DNA of 64,000 nt, taken from Macrostomum hystrix. Its lineage: Eukaryota > Animalia > Platyhelminthes. The translations under genes were made by a program, and so were the position numbers. Positions 23,440 to 37,400 of the stretch are shown piece after piece. The notes beneath the pieces were generated by a model. The model did no database searches and was not told the DNA's origin. It saw only the letters and a list, made by a program, of their open reading frames with translations. Each line of letters starts with the position of its first letter. Position 1 is the first letter of the stretch. The stretch is taken from contig CATNEN010000001.1 in the NCBI GenBank assembly GCA_950097015.1, positions 8,060,001 to 8,124,000 of the forward strand, in the 5' to 3' direction.

Positions 23440-24775
23440 AGAGGGAGAGATCAGGGGTGAGAGTGATCAGGGATGAGAGGGATTAGGGTAAGAGGGATTA
23501 GGGTGAGAGGGATTAGGGATGAGAGGGATCAGGGATGAGAGGGATCAGGGATGAGAGGGATCAGGGATGAGAGGGATTAGGGATGAGAGGGATTAGGGAT
23601 GAGAGGGATCAGGGGTGAGAGGGACCAGGGATGGGAGGGACCAGGGATGAGAGGGATTAGGGATGAGAGGGATCAGGGATGAGAGGGATCAGGGATGAGA
23701 GGGATTAGGGATGAGATGGATTAGGGATGAGAGGGATTAGGGTAAGAGGGATCAGGGATGAGAGGGATCAGGGATGAGAGGGATCAGGGTAAGAGGGACC
23801 AGGGATGAGAGGGACCAGGGATGAGAGGGATCAGGGATGAGAGGGATCAGGGATGAGAGGGATCAGGGATGAGAGGGACCAGGGATGAGAGGGATCAGGG
23901 ATGAGAGGGATCAGGGATGAGAGGGACCAGGGATGAGATGGATTAGGGATGAGATGGATTAGGGATGAGAGGGATCAGGGATGAGAGGGATCAGGGATGA
24001 GAGGGATTAGGGTAAGAGGGATTAGGGTGAGAGGGATTAGGGTGAGAGGGATTAGGGTGAGAGGGATTAGGGTGAGAGGGATTAGGAGTGAGAGGGATTA
24101 GGGATGAGAGGGATTAGGGTAAGAGGGATCTGGGATGAGAGGGATCAGGGTAAGAGGGACCAGGGATGAGAGGGACCAGGGATGAGAGGGATCAGGGATG
24201 AGGGGGATCAGGGATGAGAGGGATCAGGGATGAGAGGGACCAGGGATGAGAGGGATCAGGGATGAGAGGGATCAGGGATGAGAGGGACCAGGGATGAGAT
24301 GGATTAGGGATGAGATGGATTATGGATGAGAGGGATCAGGGATGAGAGGGATCAGGGATGAGAGGGATTAGGGTAAGAGGGATTAGGGTGAGAGGGATTA
24401 GGGTGAGAGGGATTAGGAGTGAGAGGGATTAGGGATGAGAGGGATTAGGGTAAGAGGGATCTGGGATGAGAGGGATCAGGCATGAGAGGGATCAGGGATG
24501 AGAGGGATCAGGGATGAGAGGGATCAGGGATGAGAGGGATCAGGGATAAGAGGGATCAGAGTGAAAGGAATTAGGGTGATAGGGATTAGGGTAAGAGGGA
24601 TCTGGGATGAGAGGGATCAGGCATGAGAGGGATCAGGGATGAGAGGGATCAGGGTGAGAGGGATCAGGGTGAGAGTGATCAGGGATGAGAGGGATCAGGG
24701 ATGAGAGGGATCAGGGATGAGAGGTATCAGGGATGAGAGGGATCAGGGATGAGAGGGGTCAGGGTGAGAGGGAGA
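23440..24775. repeat. 16-bp G-rich minisatellite (gagagggatcagggat / gagagggattagggat)n
   Basis: Tandem units with two GGG runs each; many contain TTAGGG. Confidence 0.96.
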
Positions 24776-25332
24776 TTAAAAATGTCCACGTGAACTACGT
24801 CCACGTTCTTTGAAGAAAAAACTCTTAAAATGGAATACTACAAGCGCTGGTAATGATTTGTACCGGTCAAAACACCGTAGAACAATCTAAATACATATAT
24901 TTAGGCTAAGAAGACCCAGCGGTGCTCTGCGGATCGAACTGAAATACGTTCCAAGAGTTATTTTTGGATTTCTAAAAACCAGACTCAAAAAATGAAAATT
25001 CGTGATAATGTTTTGGAAGGATTAGAAAAATATATGTCGGAATGGGAAGACACACACAGTTTTCAAACACGCCTCTCTGTAATATATTCGAACTATGGTT
25101 AGTGAGGCGTTCGAGTACAGGAAGCTTGCGAGGCTGCGTTTGAAGTCGAGGCAACTCGAAGGATTGCTGAACTACGGCGCTCAGCGAAGCTTAACATCTA
25201 CGGAAGTGAAGCGAACAACAAGGAGGCTGGGGTTAAGTTAAAAAATGTACTAATCATGTGTGTTAATCCCGACCAGGCAATAAACTGGTCTACTGAAGAT
25301 TAGGAACCTTTCTTTTATTCAGAGACACTTCA

Positions 25333-25660
25333 AGTTAGATAGTGTGTTAGACAGAGCTGTTACATAGAGCTGTTAGATAGAGCTGTTAGATAGAGCTGTT
25401 AGATAGAGCTGTTACATAGAGCTGTTAGATAGAGCTGTTAGATAGAGCTGTTACATAGAGCTGTTAGATAGAGCTGTTAGATAGAGCTGTTACATAGAGC
25501 TGTTAGATAGAGCTGTTAGATAGAGCTGTTAGATAGAGCTGTTATACAGAGCTGTTAGATAGAGCTGTTAGATAGAGCTGTTAGATAGAGCTGTTAGATA
25601 GAGCTGTTAGATAGAGCTGTTAGATAGAGCTGTTAGATAGAGCTGTTAGATAGAGCTGTC
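25333..25660. repeat. 13-bp minisatellite (agagctgttagat)n
   Basis: Direct tandem repetition. Confidence 0.95.
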
Positions 25661-26187
25661 ATAACAATAGTTGCCCCAAAGGAATAGTTGTCACCTATTT
25701 CTTTCCTGATTCACATCAAGTTATTAAAGAATTGGTGAAGAGGATGCGAGTCAAACATCTCCCCATTTTTTCCTTGTTCGTCCAATTAGCCGAGTCTGGC
25801 ACGCACGAAGATCTGGCTCCTCGCAGCCTGATTAGTTTTCAATGATTGAAGCAATTTTCTGAATTTGACATCTGGGGGATTTCGGGCCGGCGGAACAGGT
25901 GAGTCTCAGATGCATGGGATTTAATTAAGATTACGAAATCTAGGCTCTCATTATACGTTTCATTTCCCCTCAGAATAGTAATCGACAAAAATAGCTCGTA
26001 TATTGCCGTTTACGATTGGGATAATTTAGTAGACTGGCAAGACTGCAAGATAAGGGTGGGTTAGGTCTGTACAGAAAGACACGATCCTAATCATTGCTAC
26101 CAAAGTCACTTTGCCGATTCCAAAAAAGATAAAATATTAAATTAAGCAGGTGATAGCAGGTCAAATTCTAAATCGCAGATAATAAAA

Positions 26188-26346
26188 GCGAGGTGTCAGG
26201 CAACCCAAATGAGGTGTCAGATAACACAATCGAGGTGTCTGATAACACAATCGAGGTGTCAGATAACACAATCGAGGTGTCAGACAACACAATCGAGGTG
26301 TCAGACAACACAATCGAGGTGTCAGACAAAACAGTCGAGGTGTCAC
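26188..26346. repeat. 21-bp minisatellite (cgaggtgtcagataacacaat)n, ~7 units
   Basis: Direct tandem repetition. Confidence 0.92.
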
Positions 26347-28047
26347 GAGAAAACACACCAGCAGGATAGGACAAAATCAGTAAGGTATTAGCGAATGAAA
26401 GAAGAAATGTTTGCGCTTTTCATCAAATATTTATATCAGCAAGTTAGTTTTTAGCTCATCCCAAAAGGCTTAGGCAGAAAAGCCGCTGTCTTCTAGGGTG
26501 AAATATGGCTAAATCCTCACTAATCTATACCGATTTCATTAATTCTATTTGCGATTAGCAGTTTTCTTATTTCCAAGCCCATGAAAACAGAAAAATGAAA
26601 ACTTAATAATCTCATTGGCTTTGGCTATATATTATGTTTCTATAACAACGGCATGGGTGGATTGATGAAAGTTCTCAGCGATTAACTGCTAGGCAATAAA
26701 AGAACGTGATTGACACAAAGATGAAGCCATTTTTAATCAACTCCCAGCTAGGTTGCCCAATTCAGCAGATCATTGTGGGTGGCTTTAAAAAGAGTTTTTT
26801 GATGATGAACAAAAAACTGCGACAGTGGACTGCAAGATTAATAAATCTATCACGCCTAGCAGATTGATTTTTTAGCTAGATTGATCCACAACTTTGTGGC
26901 GTGCACAATAGGATATGAAATCCCTACCATTTTAAAAATAATATTTTAATCTTAGTTTTCTGAGGTCTGTGCTAGGTGAAACATACTATCATAAATGAGA
27001 GACTCGTAATTTCATAAAGCTTTGTCATTAAAAAGAATAAAATACGACGAGCCATATCTCAGTCAGTTTCAAAATCGTGACTTAAACGAAAATTATAGTT
27101 TTGTTCTGAACTAGGACCATACTTTGGGAATAACTAGTCTTTGTCAGCTGTCACGACGTCACGTGATTTCAATGGCGGACTGTACATTCTCAAACTTGTG
27201 TACTTGTCAATTTCTATTTTTAGATACAGCCTGTGTATGATGCTATTTTTAGCAACAGGATCGCAAACCCCTTAGTAATAGGCGTTATAATCTGACTTCA
27301 AATCTGACGTCAGTTTCTATTTTTAGATACCATGGACGATTGATTTTTCCCAAGACTGTTTATGAACGTAAATAAGCCCATATTAATGCTTCACGCATTA
27401 ATGTGACTTCTTTTATTTTTAGAAACATATTTGAAATGTCAAATACACACATTAAAACATAAGAACAACTAGTCAGTATAATTTTCGATTGCTGTATTAT
27501 CACACAGTAGAACAATTCCTGTGCATTTTCAATAGGTAAGTATCTTTGTTTATTAATAATCATCATCTCTCGCATATCGTTAGTCTCACAAACAATGCAA
27601 ATAAACTAACAAAATATTAACAAAACAAACTGCGACATGAATTTAGGTAATGTGCAATCATTTTTTAAAAAGAAATTCTAAATCTCTACACAGCTACAAG
27701 CCAACTAAAACAAAATAAAAATAACCACAAAGACGTTACCTGCAACTTTTCATCACTTAACAAAATTAGGTTTTCACATACAAACAAGTACAAACTAAAT
27801 ATACAGTAGAATGAACATCATAAAGACAAAATCATTGGTAAAAACACCACATTAAGAGAGAACTTCACATAATAAAAATATAGTTAGATTTTAAATTTTC
27901 CGCCAAATTTATTGTTCTAGCTCAAAATTAAACTAGAAATAACAAAAACAGAACAATTTGTTTCGCAAACACCTCCATAGAGGTGACATATAATTCATAT
28001 TTTATTGCTGAGAAATAGCTAGGAGTAAGGGAGGGCAAGTTTAAAAC

Positions 28048-29270
28048 ACTGACAGCCATACCTGACACGAACTGACAGCCATTCCTGACACGAACTGACA
28101 GCCATACCTGACACGAACTGACAGCCATATCTGACACGAACTGACAGCCATTCCTGACACGAACTGACAGCCATACCTGACACGAACTGACAGCCATATC
28201 TGACACGAACTGACAGCCATATCTGACACGAACTGACAGCCATATCTGACACGAGCTGACAGCCATTCCTGACACGAACTGACAGCCATTCCTGACACTA
28301 ACTGACAGCCATTCCTGACACGAACTGACAGCCATTCCTGACACGAACTGACAGCCATTCCTGACACGAACTGACAGCAATTCCTGACACGAACTGACAG
28401 CCATATCTGACACGAGCTGACAGCCATATCTGACACGAACTGACAGCCATATCTGACACGAACTGACAGCCATTCTTGACACGAACTGACAGCCATATCT
28501 GACACGAACTGACAGCCATATCTGACACGAACTGACAGCCATTCCTGACACGAACTGACAACCATTCCTGACACGAACTGACAGCCATTCCTGACACGAA
28601 CTGACAACCATTCCTGACACGAACTGACAGCCATACCTGACACGAACTGACAGCCATATCTGACACGAACTGACAGCCATATCTGACACGAGCTGACAGC
28701 CATTCCTGACATGAACTGACAGCCATTCCTGATACGAACTGACAGCCATTCCTGACACGAACTGACAGCCATTCTTGACACGAACTGACAGCCATTCCTG
28801 ACACGAACTGACAGCCATTCCTGACACGAACTGACAGCCATATCTGACACGAACTGACAGCCATATCTGACACGAACTGACAGCCATATCTGACACGAAC
28901 TGACAGCCATTCTTGACACGAACTGACAGCCATTCCTGACATGAACTGACAGCCATTCCTGATACGAACTGACAGCCATTCCTGACACGAACTGACAGCC
29001 ATTCTTGACACGAACTGACAGCCATTCCTGACACGAACTGACAGCCATATCTGACACGAACTGACAGCCATTCCTGACACGAACTGACAGCCATACCTGA
29101 CACGAACTGACAGCCATATCTGACACGAACTGACAGCCATATCTGACACGAACTGACACGAACTGAAAGTAATAACTGACACTAGCTGACAATAATATCT
29201 GACACTAGCTGACAATAATATCTGACACTAGCTGACAGTAATATCTGACACTAGCTGACAGTAATATCAG
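28048..29270. repeat. 23-bp minisatellite (ctgacacgaactgacagccattc)n
   Basis: Direct tandem repetition. The unit is itself a ctgaca dimer, and the array produces the spurious 300-390 aa ORFs. Confidence 0.97.
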
Positions 29271-31482
29271 GTACGAAAGTACTGAACAGAAGTGGATATA
29301 AAAAGCAATGCACATTTTTTCCTAGAAAAGGAACAGGTAGATAAAAATCATTAAAAAACAGGTCAATAAAAAGAATATTGTGAAAAGCAATTATGTGGGT
29401 CATTAAAGAGACAGACAGAATAGAGATCGCGAACGAATCAAGAAGCGTTACTTCGTTTAAAAAATACATTTTTGACCTCGCAATGAAACTGAATTGTTAG
29501 AAAGCCAGAAGAATGAACTCAAACAGACTGCTGAAAGAATGAATTATTAAAACTAAATTACCGAAGACCACAATGCGTCTGCCACTGTCTGCTGAGATGA
29601 ATACACAACATTCACAATGAAAAACTAACACAAACCGCATAGCAGCACAGAGATCGTACTTTAAGAGTATTTCAACATATTTTATCACAGCGGAACTAAC
29701 TATCTGACAATAGAATGTAATCCCAAATCCTCATATTTCAGCCTATCAAACTTCTAACCGGGGGAGGTCCGAAGTTCGAATCTAGTCCCAAGCGAAACAT
29801 TTTCAGTTTTTTAAATGTGAATCAGAATCATCGGAGTTAATATTAGGTTGCAGGTCGCACCAATGCTTAAAAAACAGCTCTAAACGAAATTTTTGCAGAA
29901 CCGGGTAATATATGCGGTTGCGCCCATGCATCCACCAATCCCATTGTTAAAATTCAAATAAAAAAATTAATAACAACGCGAATGATTTACAGATTTGCAG
30001 GTATAATCGCAGATAATCTATGACAGCAGGATAATTAAACAATTAGTTAAAACAAGCAAGTGCAGCAGCAGCAGCACTACATAACAACAACTTTCGCCTT
30101 GTCAAAGAACTCATTATTTTATCGCATGGAAAATTAACTAATTTCTAATGTAATAGAAAACACTGAATACTCACTAGCAGCTGTATCTGAATGCCGACTT
30201 GATTTACTGCAGTGGAATAAGAAAAAACACATTTGTCTTTTTTATATAATAAGTATTTCGACACATATCGGATAATGGTCAACAGTCATTGTTTTTCAAC
30301 ACCTCAGAAAGAGTGTTCGTTCTAATTTTAAGATACGTATTTTCATCCGCTCTAAATTAAGTTTTGACCAAATGAACACGCGAAAACATAACAAACTGAA
30401 AAATAGTTTTTCGACCCATGTAGGCCTTGTTAATTAAAACATTTTTTAAGCAAAATGAAAGAAAGCTATGTTAAAAATTATTTTACCACAGTAAAAAAAT
30501 AAGACTCAGTTTACTAAAAATTAGAAAATCAATTCGCCTATACTGACAGTCTGTCAGCTTTTTGTGTTTTCGACACATATAGGCAAAGTTTGTAGGACAC
30601 CTTGGACTTCAAAATCATTATAAACTGTACGCATGTGAGTACCAACTAAGCACAGGAACGAAATTTTCAATGTAAAAAATACAATTTTGAGAAGCATAAT
30701 TTTACTGACATCAGAATAGAAATTTGTTTGAGGCAAGCATAGATAAAGTAATAGTCTTTGTCCTTTAATAATTATTGACAAAGATTAATTAAGCAATATG
30801 TTAGCATTGCAAAATTTGACAAGCGAGAATTTATTGTGCCTCGTTTGTATATAATAAATGGATTTGATTCGCGATGCACACTAATTTTAAACAACGCAAA
30901 TTAGATACAATTTAACCTTAGCAGCTTACTTAAAGTAGGATTTATCACATTCGAAACCTCATTAATATATATATATATTCCAGTTAGGTGGCTGCTAAAA
31001 CTGCAAGTTTTTAGCTTAAAATACAATTGATATCCCTTGCACTGAAAGTATCTCAAATTTCGTCCTCGTTTTGACGAAGTGTATACCAGCTACTAATAAT
31101 AATAAATTCACGCCAACTGAAAAACTGTTAAATGCCAGAAAAGCAGAAAATCCAATTAATATATTTAAATTAATTGAATTGGTGTTGTAAACGTTACAAC
31201 ATTGTAGCTTTTAACACTAAAGTACAACTTATTACTGTGGTTTTACCCGAAAATCCGGAAAATTTGTTTTACTATTTGGCGCGAATTCAAAATTATATAT
31301 CTATTAATTAAGGACTCTGCCAGTTTCGATGATAATTGGGTCTCGTAATAAACTATGTTTTAGCAAGTTGAAACAATAAAAAACAAGCAAGAATAGAGGA
31401 AGCTAAGACTTTTTGTGTGTTTTGATTCTAAAAACTCAAGAGAAAAAACTTGGAACTAAGAAAACAGTCCAACAATATTAAA

Positions 31483-34400
31483 TTATACGTTTGGTGCATC
31501 GGTCCCTTCAGCTCCGCCCGATGTGGCAGCGCCGTGTCCCGCAGTTCTCACTGCGCAACAATTTGATCTGGCAGAGCATTTGTCGTTGCCGCAGTCGATG
31601 AAGCAGTTGGGACTGCCGTCTATAGGAACCAAGCTGGGCGATGTGTGCTGTATTGGAGAGTGGAACATTGGAATCATTAGTTCAGTGTCAGCAGCTAATT
31701 GTCTTGTGTCCGTGATTTCAATATTTGAATGGCTAACAATGACGCTAAATAGAGTCATCTATTCCAATTCCGCAATCAATCTAGAATCAATATATAATTA
31801 ATCTAGAATCAATCTAGAATCTAATCAATCTAATCTATCTAGAATCTTTCTAATCAAACTAGAATCAATCTAATCAATCTAATCAATCTAATCAATCTAG
31901 AATCAATCTAATCAATCTAGAATCAATCTAATCAAACTAGAATCAATCTAATCAAACTAGAATCAATCTAATCAATCTAATCAATCTAGAATCAATCTAA
32001 TCAATCTAATCAAACTAGAATCAATCTAATCAATCTAATCAAACTAGAATCAATCTAATCAATCTAATCAATCTAGAATCAATCTAATCAAACTAGAATC
32101 AATCTAATCAATCTAGAATCAATCTAATCAATCTAGAATCAATCTAATCAAACTAAAATCAATCTAATCAAACTAGAATCAATCTAATCAAACTAGAATC
32201 AATCTAATCAATCTAATCAATCTAGAATCAATCTAATCAATCTAATCAAACTAGAATCAATCTAATCAATCTAATCAAACTAGAATCAATCTAATCAATC
32301 TAATCAATCTAGAATCAATCTAATCAAACTAGAATCAATCTAATCAATCTAGAATCAATCTAATCAATCTAGAATCAATCTAATCAAACTAAAATCAATC
32401 TAATCAAACTAGAATCAATCTAATCAAACTAGAATCAATCTAATCAATCTAATCAATCTAGAATCAATCTAATCAATCTAATCAAACTAGAATCAATCTA
32501 ATCAATCTAATCAAACTAGAATCAATCTAATCAATCTAATCAATCTAGAATCAATCTAATCAAACTAGAATCAATCTAATCAATCTAGAATCAATCTAAT
32601 CAATCTAGAATCAATCTAATCAAACTAAAATCAATCTAATCAAACTAGAATCTATCTAATCAATCTAGAATCAATCTAATCAATCTAATCAATCTAGAAT
32701 CCATCTAATCAATCTAGAATCAATCTAATCAATCTTATCAATCTAATCAATCTAGAATCAATCTAGAATCAATCTAATCAATCTAATCAATCTAGAATCA
32801 ATCTAATCAAACTAGAATCAATCTAATCAATCTAATCAATCTAATCAATCTAATCAAACTAGAATCAATCTAATCAATCTAGAATCAATCTAATCAATCT
32901 AGAATTAATCTAGAATCAATCTAATCAAACTAGAATCAATCTAATCAAACTAGAATCAATCTAATCAAACTAGAATCAATCTAATCAATCTAGAATCAAT
33001 CTAATCAATCTAATCAATCTAGAATCAATCTAATCAATCTAGAATCAATCTAATCAATCTAATCAATCTAGAATCAATCTAATCAATCTAGAATCAATCT
33101 AATCAATCTTATCAATCTAATCAATCTAGAATCAATCTAGAATCAATCTAATCAATCTAATCAATCTAGAATCAATCTAATCAAACTAGAATCAATCTAA
33201 TCAAACTAGAATCAATCTAATCAATCTAATCAATCTAATCAATCTAATCAAACTAGAATCAATCTAATCAAACTAGAATCAATCTAATCAAACTAGAATC
33301 AATCTAATCAAACTAGAATCAATCTAATCAAACTAGAATCAATCTAATCAATCTAGAATCAATCTAATCAATCTAATCAATCTAGAATCAATCTAATCAA
33401 TCTAGAATCAATCTAATCAATCTTATCAATCTAATCAATCTAGAATCAATCTAATCAATCTTATCAATCTAATCAATCTAGAATCAATCTAATCAATCTA
33501 ATCAATCTAGAATCAATCTAATCAAACTAGAATCAATATAATCAATCTAATCAATCTAGAATCAATCTAATCAATCTAGAATCAATCTAATCAATCTAGA
33601 ATCAATCTAGAACCAATCTAATCAATCTAGAATCAATCTAGAATCAATCTAATCAATCTAGAATCAATCTAGAATCAATCTAGAATCAATCTAGAATCAA
33701 TCTAATCAATCTAGAATCAATCTAATCAATCTAGAATCTATTGGACCAATCCTAAAGTAATATGCTTAATCTAGAGTAAATATAATCAATTAAAAAGCAA
33801 ACAATAGTACAATAAATCTATGCCGTGAAATGAAATAGACAAATAATCAATATTCTATCGAAAATAGAAATTATAAGGCAATGGTATTACAGCCTTACCT
33901 CATTAAACTCTGGCTGTATTGTGGTGCAGTGAATGTTAAAATTGTGAAATATATTCTTGGCTTTGCGGGATACGATGATGTATTCGCCTGAAAGTAAAAA
34001 AACGAATTTTTTCCGTGCTATTCCTTCTACTAATGAGTAGAAATGCGAGCAAATCTGATCGGCATTTTACATAGCTGATAATTTGACTTACGCAAATTTC
34101 TACATCGAATATGTACAGTACCAATGTAGCAATCGGTTTGCAACTGCCAGACATGGAGATCGTGCACTTCTTCAACGCCATCAAGCTGCAGATGTTGAAT
34201 TTCGGTTATTTCTTGGGTTGGAATAATATAACTTATACACACGAATTCAGACATGAAACGATTATAAATACGAACCTTCTGTAGTGCAGATTGCAGAATG
34301 TCCAATTTAATTTCCTTTGGTACCGTCTGCATTAGAATGTTCAGGGCTTTTCGCACTAGAAATGGGAGAAAATAAAGCGAATGGTTATTTAATTGTACTG

Positions 34401-37400
34401 TACAAATTAAATGGACTATTGACTAAAGTTAGCTGCAATAAAAAACTATCAAGAAACGTCACTTCTGAGAGCAAAACAACTGTACTGACACCTATCAATC
34501 AATTTTAAATGGAAACAGTCCATCAAACTTTCATTGCCAAAATATAATCAAATCTTGTTTATGACACCTGTCAATCAAACCTCCATTGTCACCTATTAAT
34601 CAAATATCCATTATGGAACCTATCAATCAAATCTCCATTATGACACCTGTCAATCAAATCTCCATTATGACACCTGTCAATCAAATCTCCATTGTCACCT
34701 ATCAATCAAATCTCCATTATGAAACCCGTGAATCAAATCTCCTTTATGCACCTGTCATTCAAGTCTCTATTGTCACCTGTCAATCAAATCTCCATTGTCA
34801 CCTATCAATCAAATCTCCATTATGACACCTGTCAATCAAATCTCCTTTATGAAACCCGTGAATCAAATCTCCTTTATGCACCTGTCATTCAAGTCTCCAT
34901 TATGAAACCCGTGAATCAAATCTTCATTATGACACCTGTCAATCAAATCTCCATTGTCACCTATCAATCAAATCTCCATTATGACACCTGTCAATCAAAT
35001 CTCCTTTATGACACCTGTCAATCAAATCTCCTTTATGCACCTGTCATTCAAGTCTCTATTGTCACCTATTAATCAAATCTCCATTATGGAACCTGTCAAT
35101 CAAATCTCCATTATGGAAATTGTCAATCAAATCTCCATTGTCACCTGTCAATCAAATCTCCATTGTCACCTATCAATCAAATCTCCATTGTCACCTGTCA
35201 ATCAAATCTCCATTGTCACCTGTCAATCAAATCTCCATTGTCACCTGTCAATCAAATCTCCATTGTCACCTATCAATCAAATCACCATTATGAAACCCGT
35301 GAATCAAATCTCCATTATGACACCTGTCAATCAAATCTCCATTATGACACATGTCCATTACGGCAGCTGTCAATCAAATTTCTATTACACCTCTCAATCA
35401 AATTTCCATTATAACACCTGTCAACTAAATCAATTAAAACGACACCTCTTAATCACATCTCCATTATGACACCTGTCAATCAAATCTCCTTTATGACACC
35501 TGTCAATCAAATCTCCTTTATGACACCTGTCAATCAAATCTCCTTTATGACACCTGTCAATCAAATCTCCTTTATGACACCTGTCAATCAAATCTCCTTT
35601 ATGGCACCTGTCAATCAAATCTCCATTATGACACGTGTCCATTACGGCAGCTGTCAATCAAAGCTCAATTTCGACAGCTGTCAATCAAATTTCTATTACA
35701 CCTCTCAATCAAATTTCCATTATAACACCTGTCAACTAAATCAATTAAAACGACACCTCTTAATCACATCTCCATTACACATGTCTATCTAATCTCCCTT
35801 AAAACATATGTGAATCAAATCTCCGTTATGACACATTTCAATTAACATCAGTCATGACAACAGCCAATCAAATATAGACACGACAACCGTCATTCATAAG
35901 TGAAATAACGAAAAGGTCAATCTAATTATTCATTGCTTTATCAAATATAAAATAATTTGAATTCAAATCAGACTTCAAATGTGACACCTGTCAAATCATA
36001 TCTAGAGAAGGGTATCAGCTATCAAAGCCTTGAGAGCGAATAACTCACACAGAGGTATGGTGGTGAACATCATGACGCTAACTAGCAGCAGGCTAAGGCA
36101 AGGATCAATGTATGTCTGCCATCTGCGTGACGGCTCCTCGATATAGCAGGTTTCATTATCTTTGAGCACAGCTTTGTGCTCATAAAGGTCAAGGGAGTAT
36201 CCAGGTGGCGCCAGCCACAATGTCAGCGCGGATATGATGACAATCACGGAGCCAAGAGTGTCGCCCATTATATGCAGAAATGCCGCCTGCATGTTCATAT
36301 GGCCAGCGCCTAAATAAAGTGAAAGTTTTTGTCATTCTTAAGTATTTCGATACATATCGGCAAGGTTAAAATAGATAATAAACTGACCGTGATTAATACA
36401 CAAACTTGAAAAAACTGTGCAATAAACTTTCCGTAAATTTATTTAAAAATGATATCAGAAACACACATAGGACCTAAGACTTTGCCTCGGATTCGAACCC
36501 GCGACCCTTGGCGTAAGATTCGTGTTTTTAGCTGGCTTAACCCACATTTGACCATCAACAATAGCACAAAAATTGGTGCAAAAAAACAATTCGCTCAAAC
36601 AAAAGCATGCATTAAACCTACACAAAGTGACTCAAACTGACACAGCTAACAGCAAGCTTAGCTAATGGGAAACAATAAAGCAACAAGCTGCAAGGAATCG
36701 GACCTGGTGTTCTAAGAAAACTTGTGCAACACTTTTGACAATCCGAACAAACGTGGCTATTAGTATTAATCGTATTAATAAAAAGCTTTTAATACTATCC
36801 AACTAAAAATAAATATTAACTGGATTAGTTAAAATGCAAATAGTTAACGCTGCAAGCCTATGTAAAAGTGTCAACCGTAACAGTAAAAACTAAAATAAAC
36901 ATTTTAAAGCGAGAAAAGCGAGAAAACTCTTTAAAAAATGGGTCAAAACGCTAAGAAACAATATGATATGGGTCAAGGATAGTCAAGAATAAACAGGAGA
37001 TGAGTCAAGGATAGTCAAGAATAAACAGGATTGTGTCAAGGATAGTCAAGAATTAACAGGATATGGGTCAAGGATAGTCAAGAATTAACAGGATTGTGTC
37101 AAGGATAGTCAAGAATAAACTGGATTGTGTCAATGATAGTCAAGAATAAACTGGATTGTGTCAATGATAGTCAAGAATTAACTGGATTGTGTCAAGGATA
37201 GTCAAGAATAAACAGGATTGTGTCAATGATAGTCAAGAATAAACTGGATTGTGTCAATGATAGTCAAGAATAAACTGGATTGTGTCAATGATAGTCAAGA
37301 ATTAACTGGATTGTGTCAAGGATAGTCAAGAATAAACTGGGTTGAGTCAAGGATAGTCAAGAATAAACTGGGTTGAGTCAAGGATAGTCAAGAATAAACT

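Noticed and set aside
23440-24775. Interstitial telomere
   Set aside because: TTAGGG occurs only as part of a 16-bp unit and never as (TTAGGG)n.
27928-29215. 300-390 aa Cys-rich repeat ORFs
   Set aside because: All three minus frames give the same 23-aa cycle, the signature of a stop-free 23-bp minisatellite.
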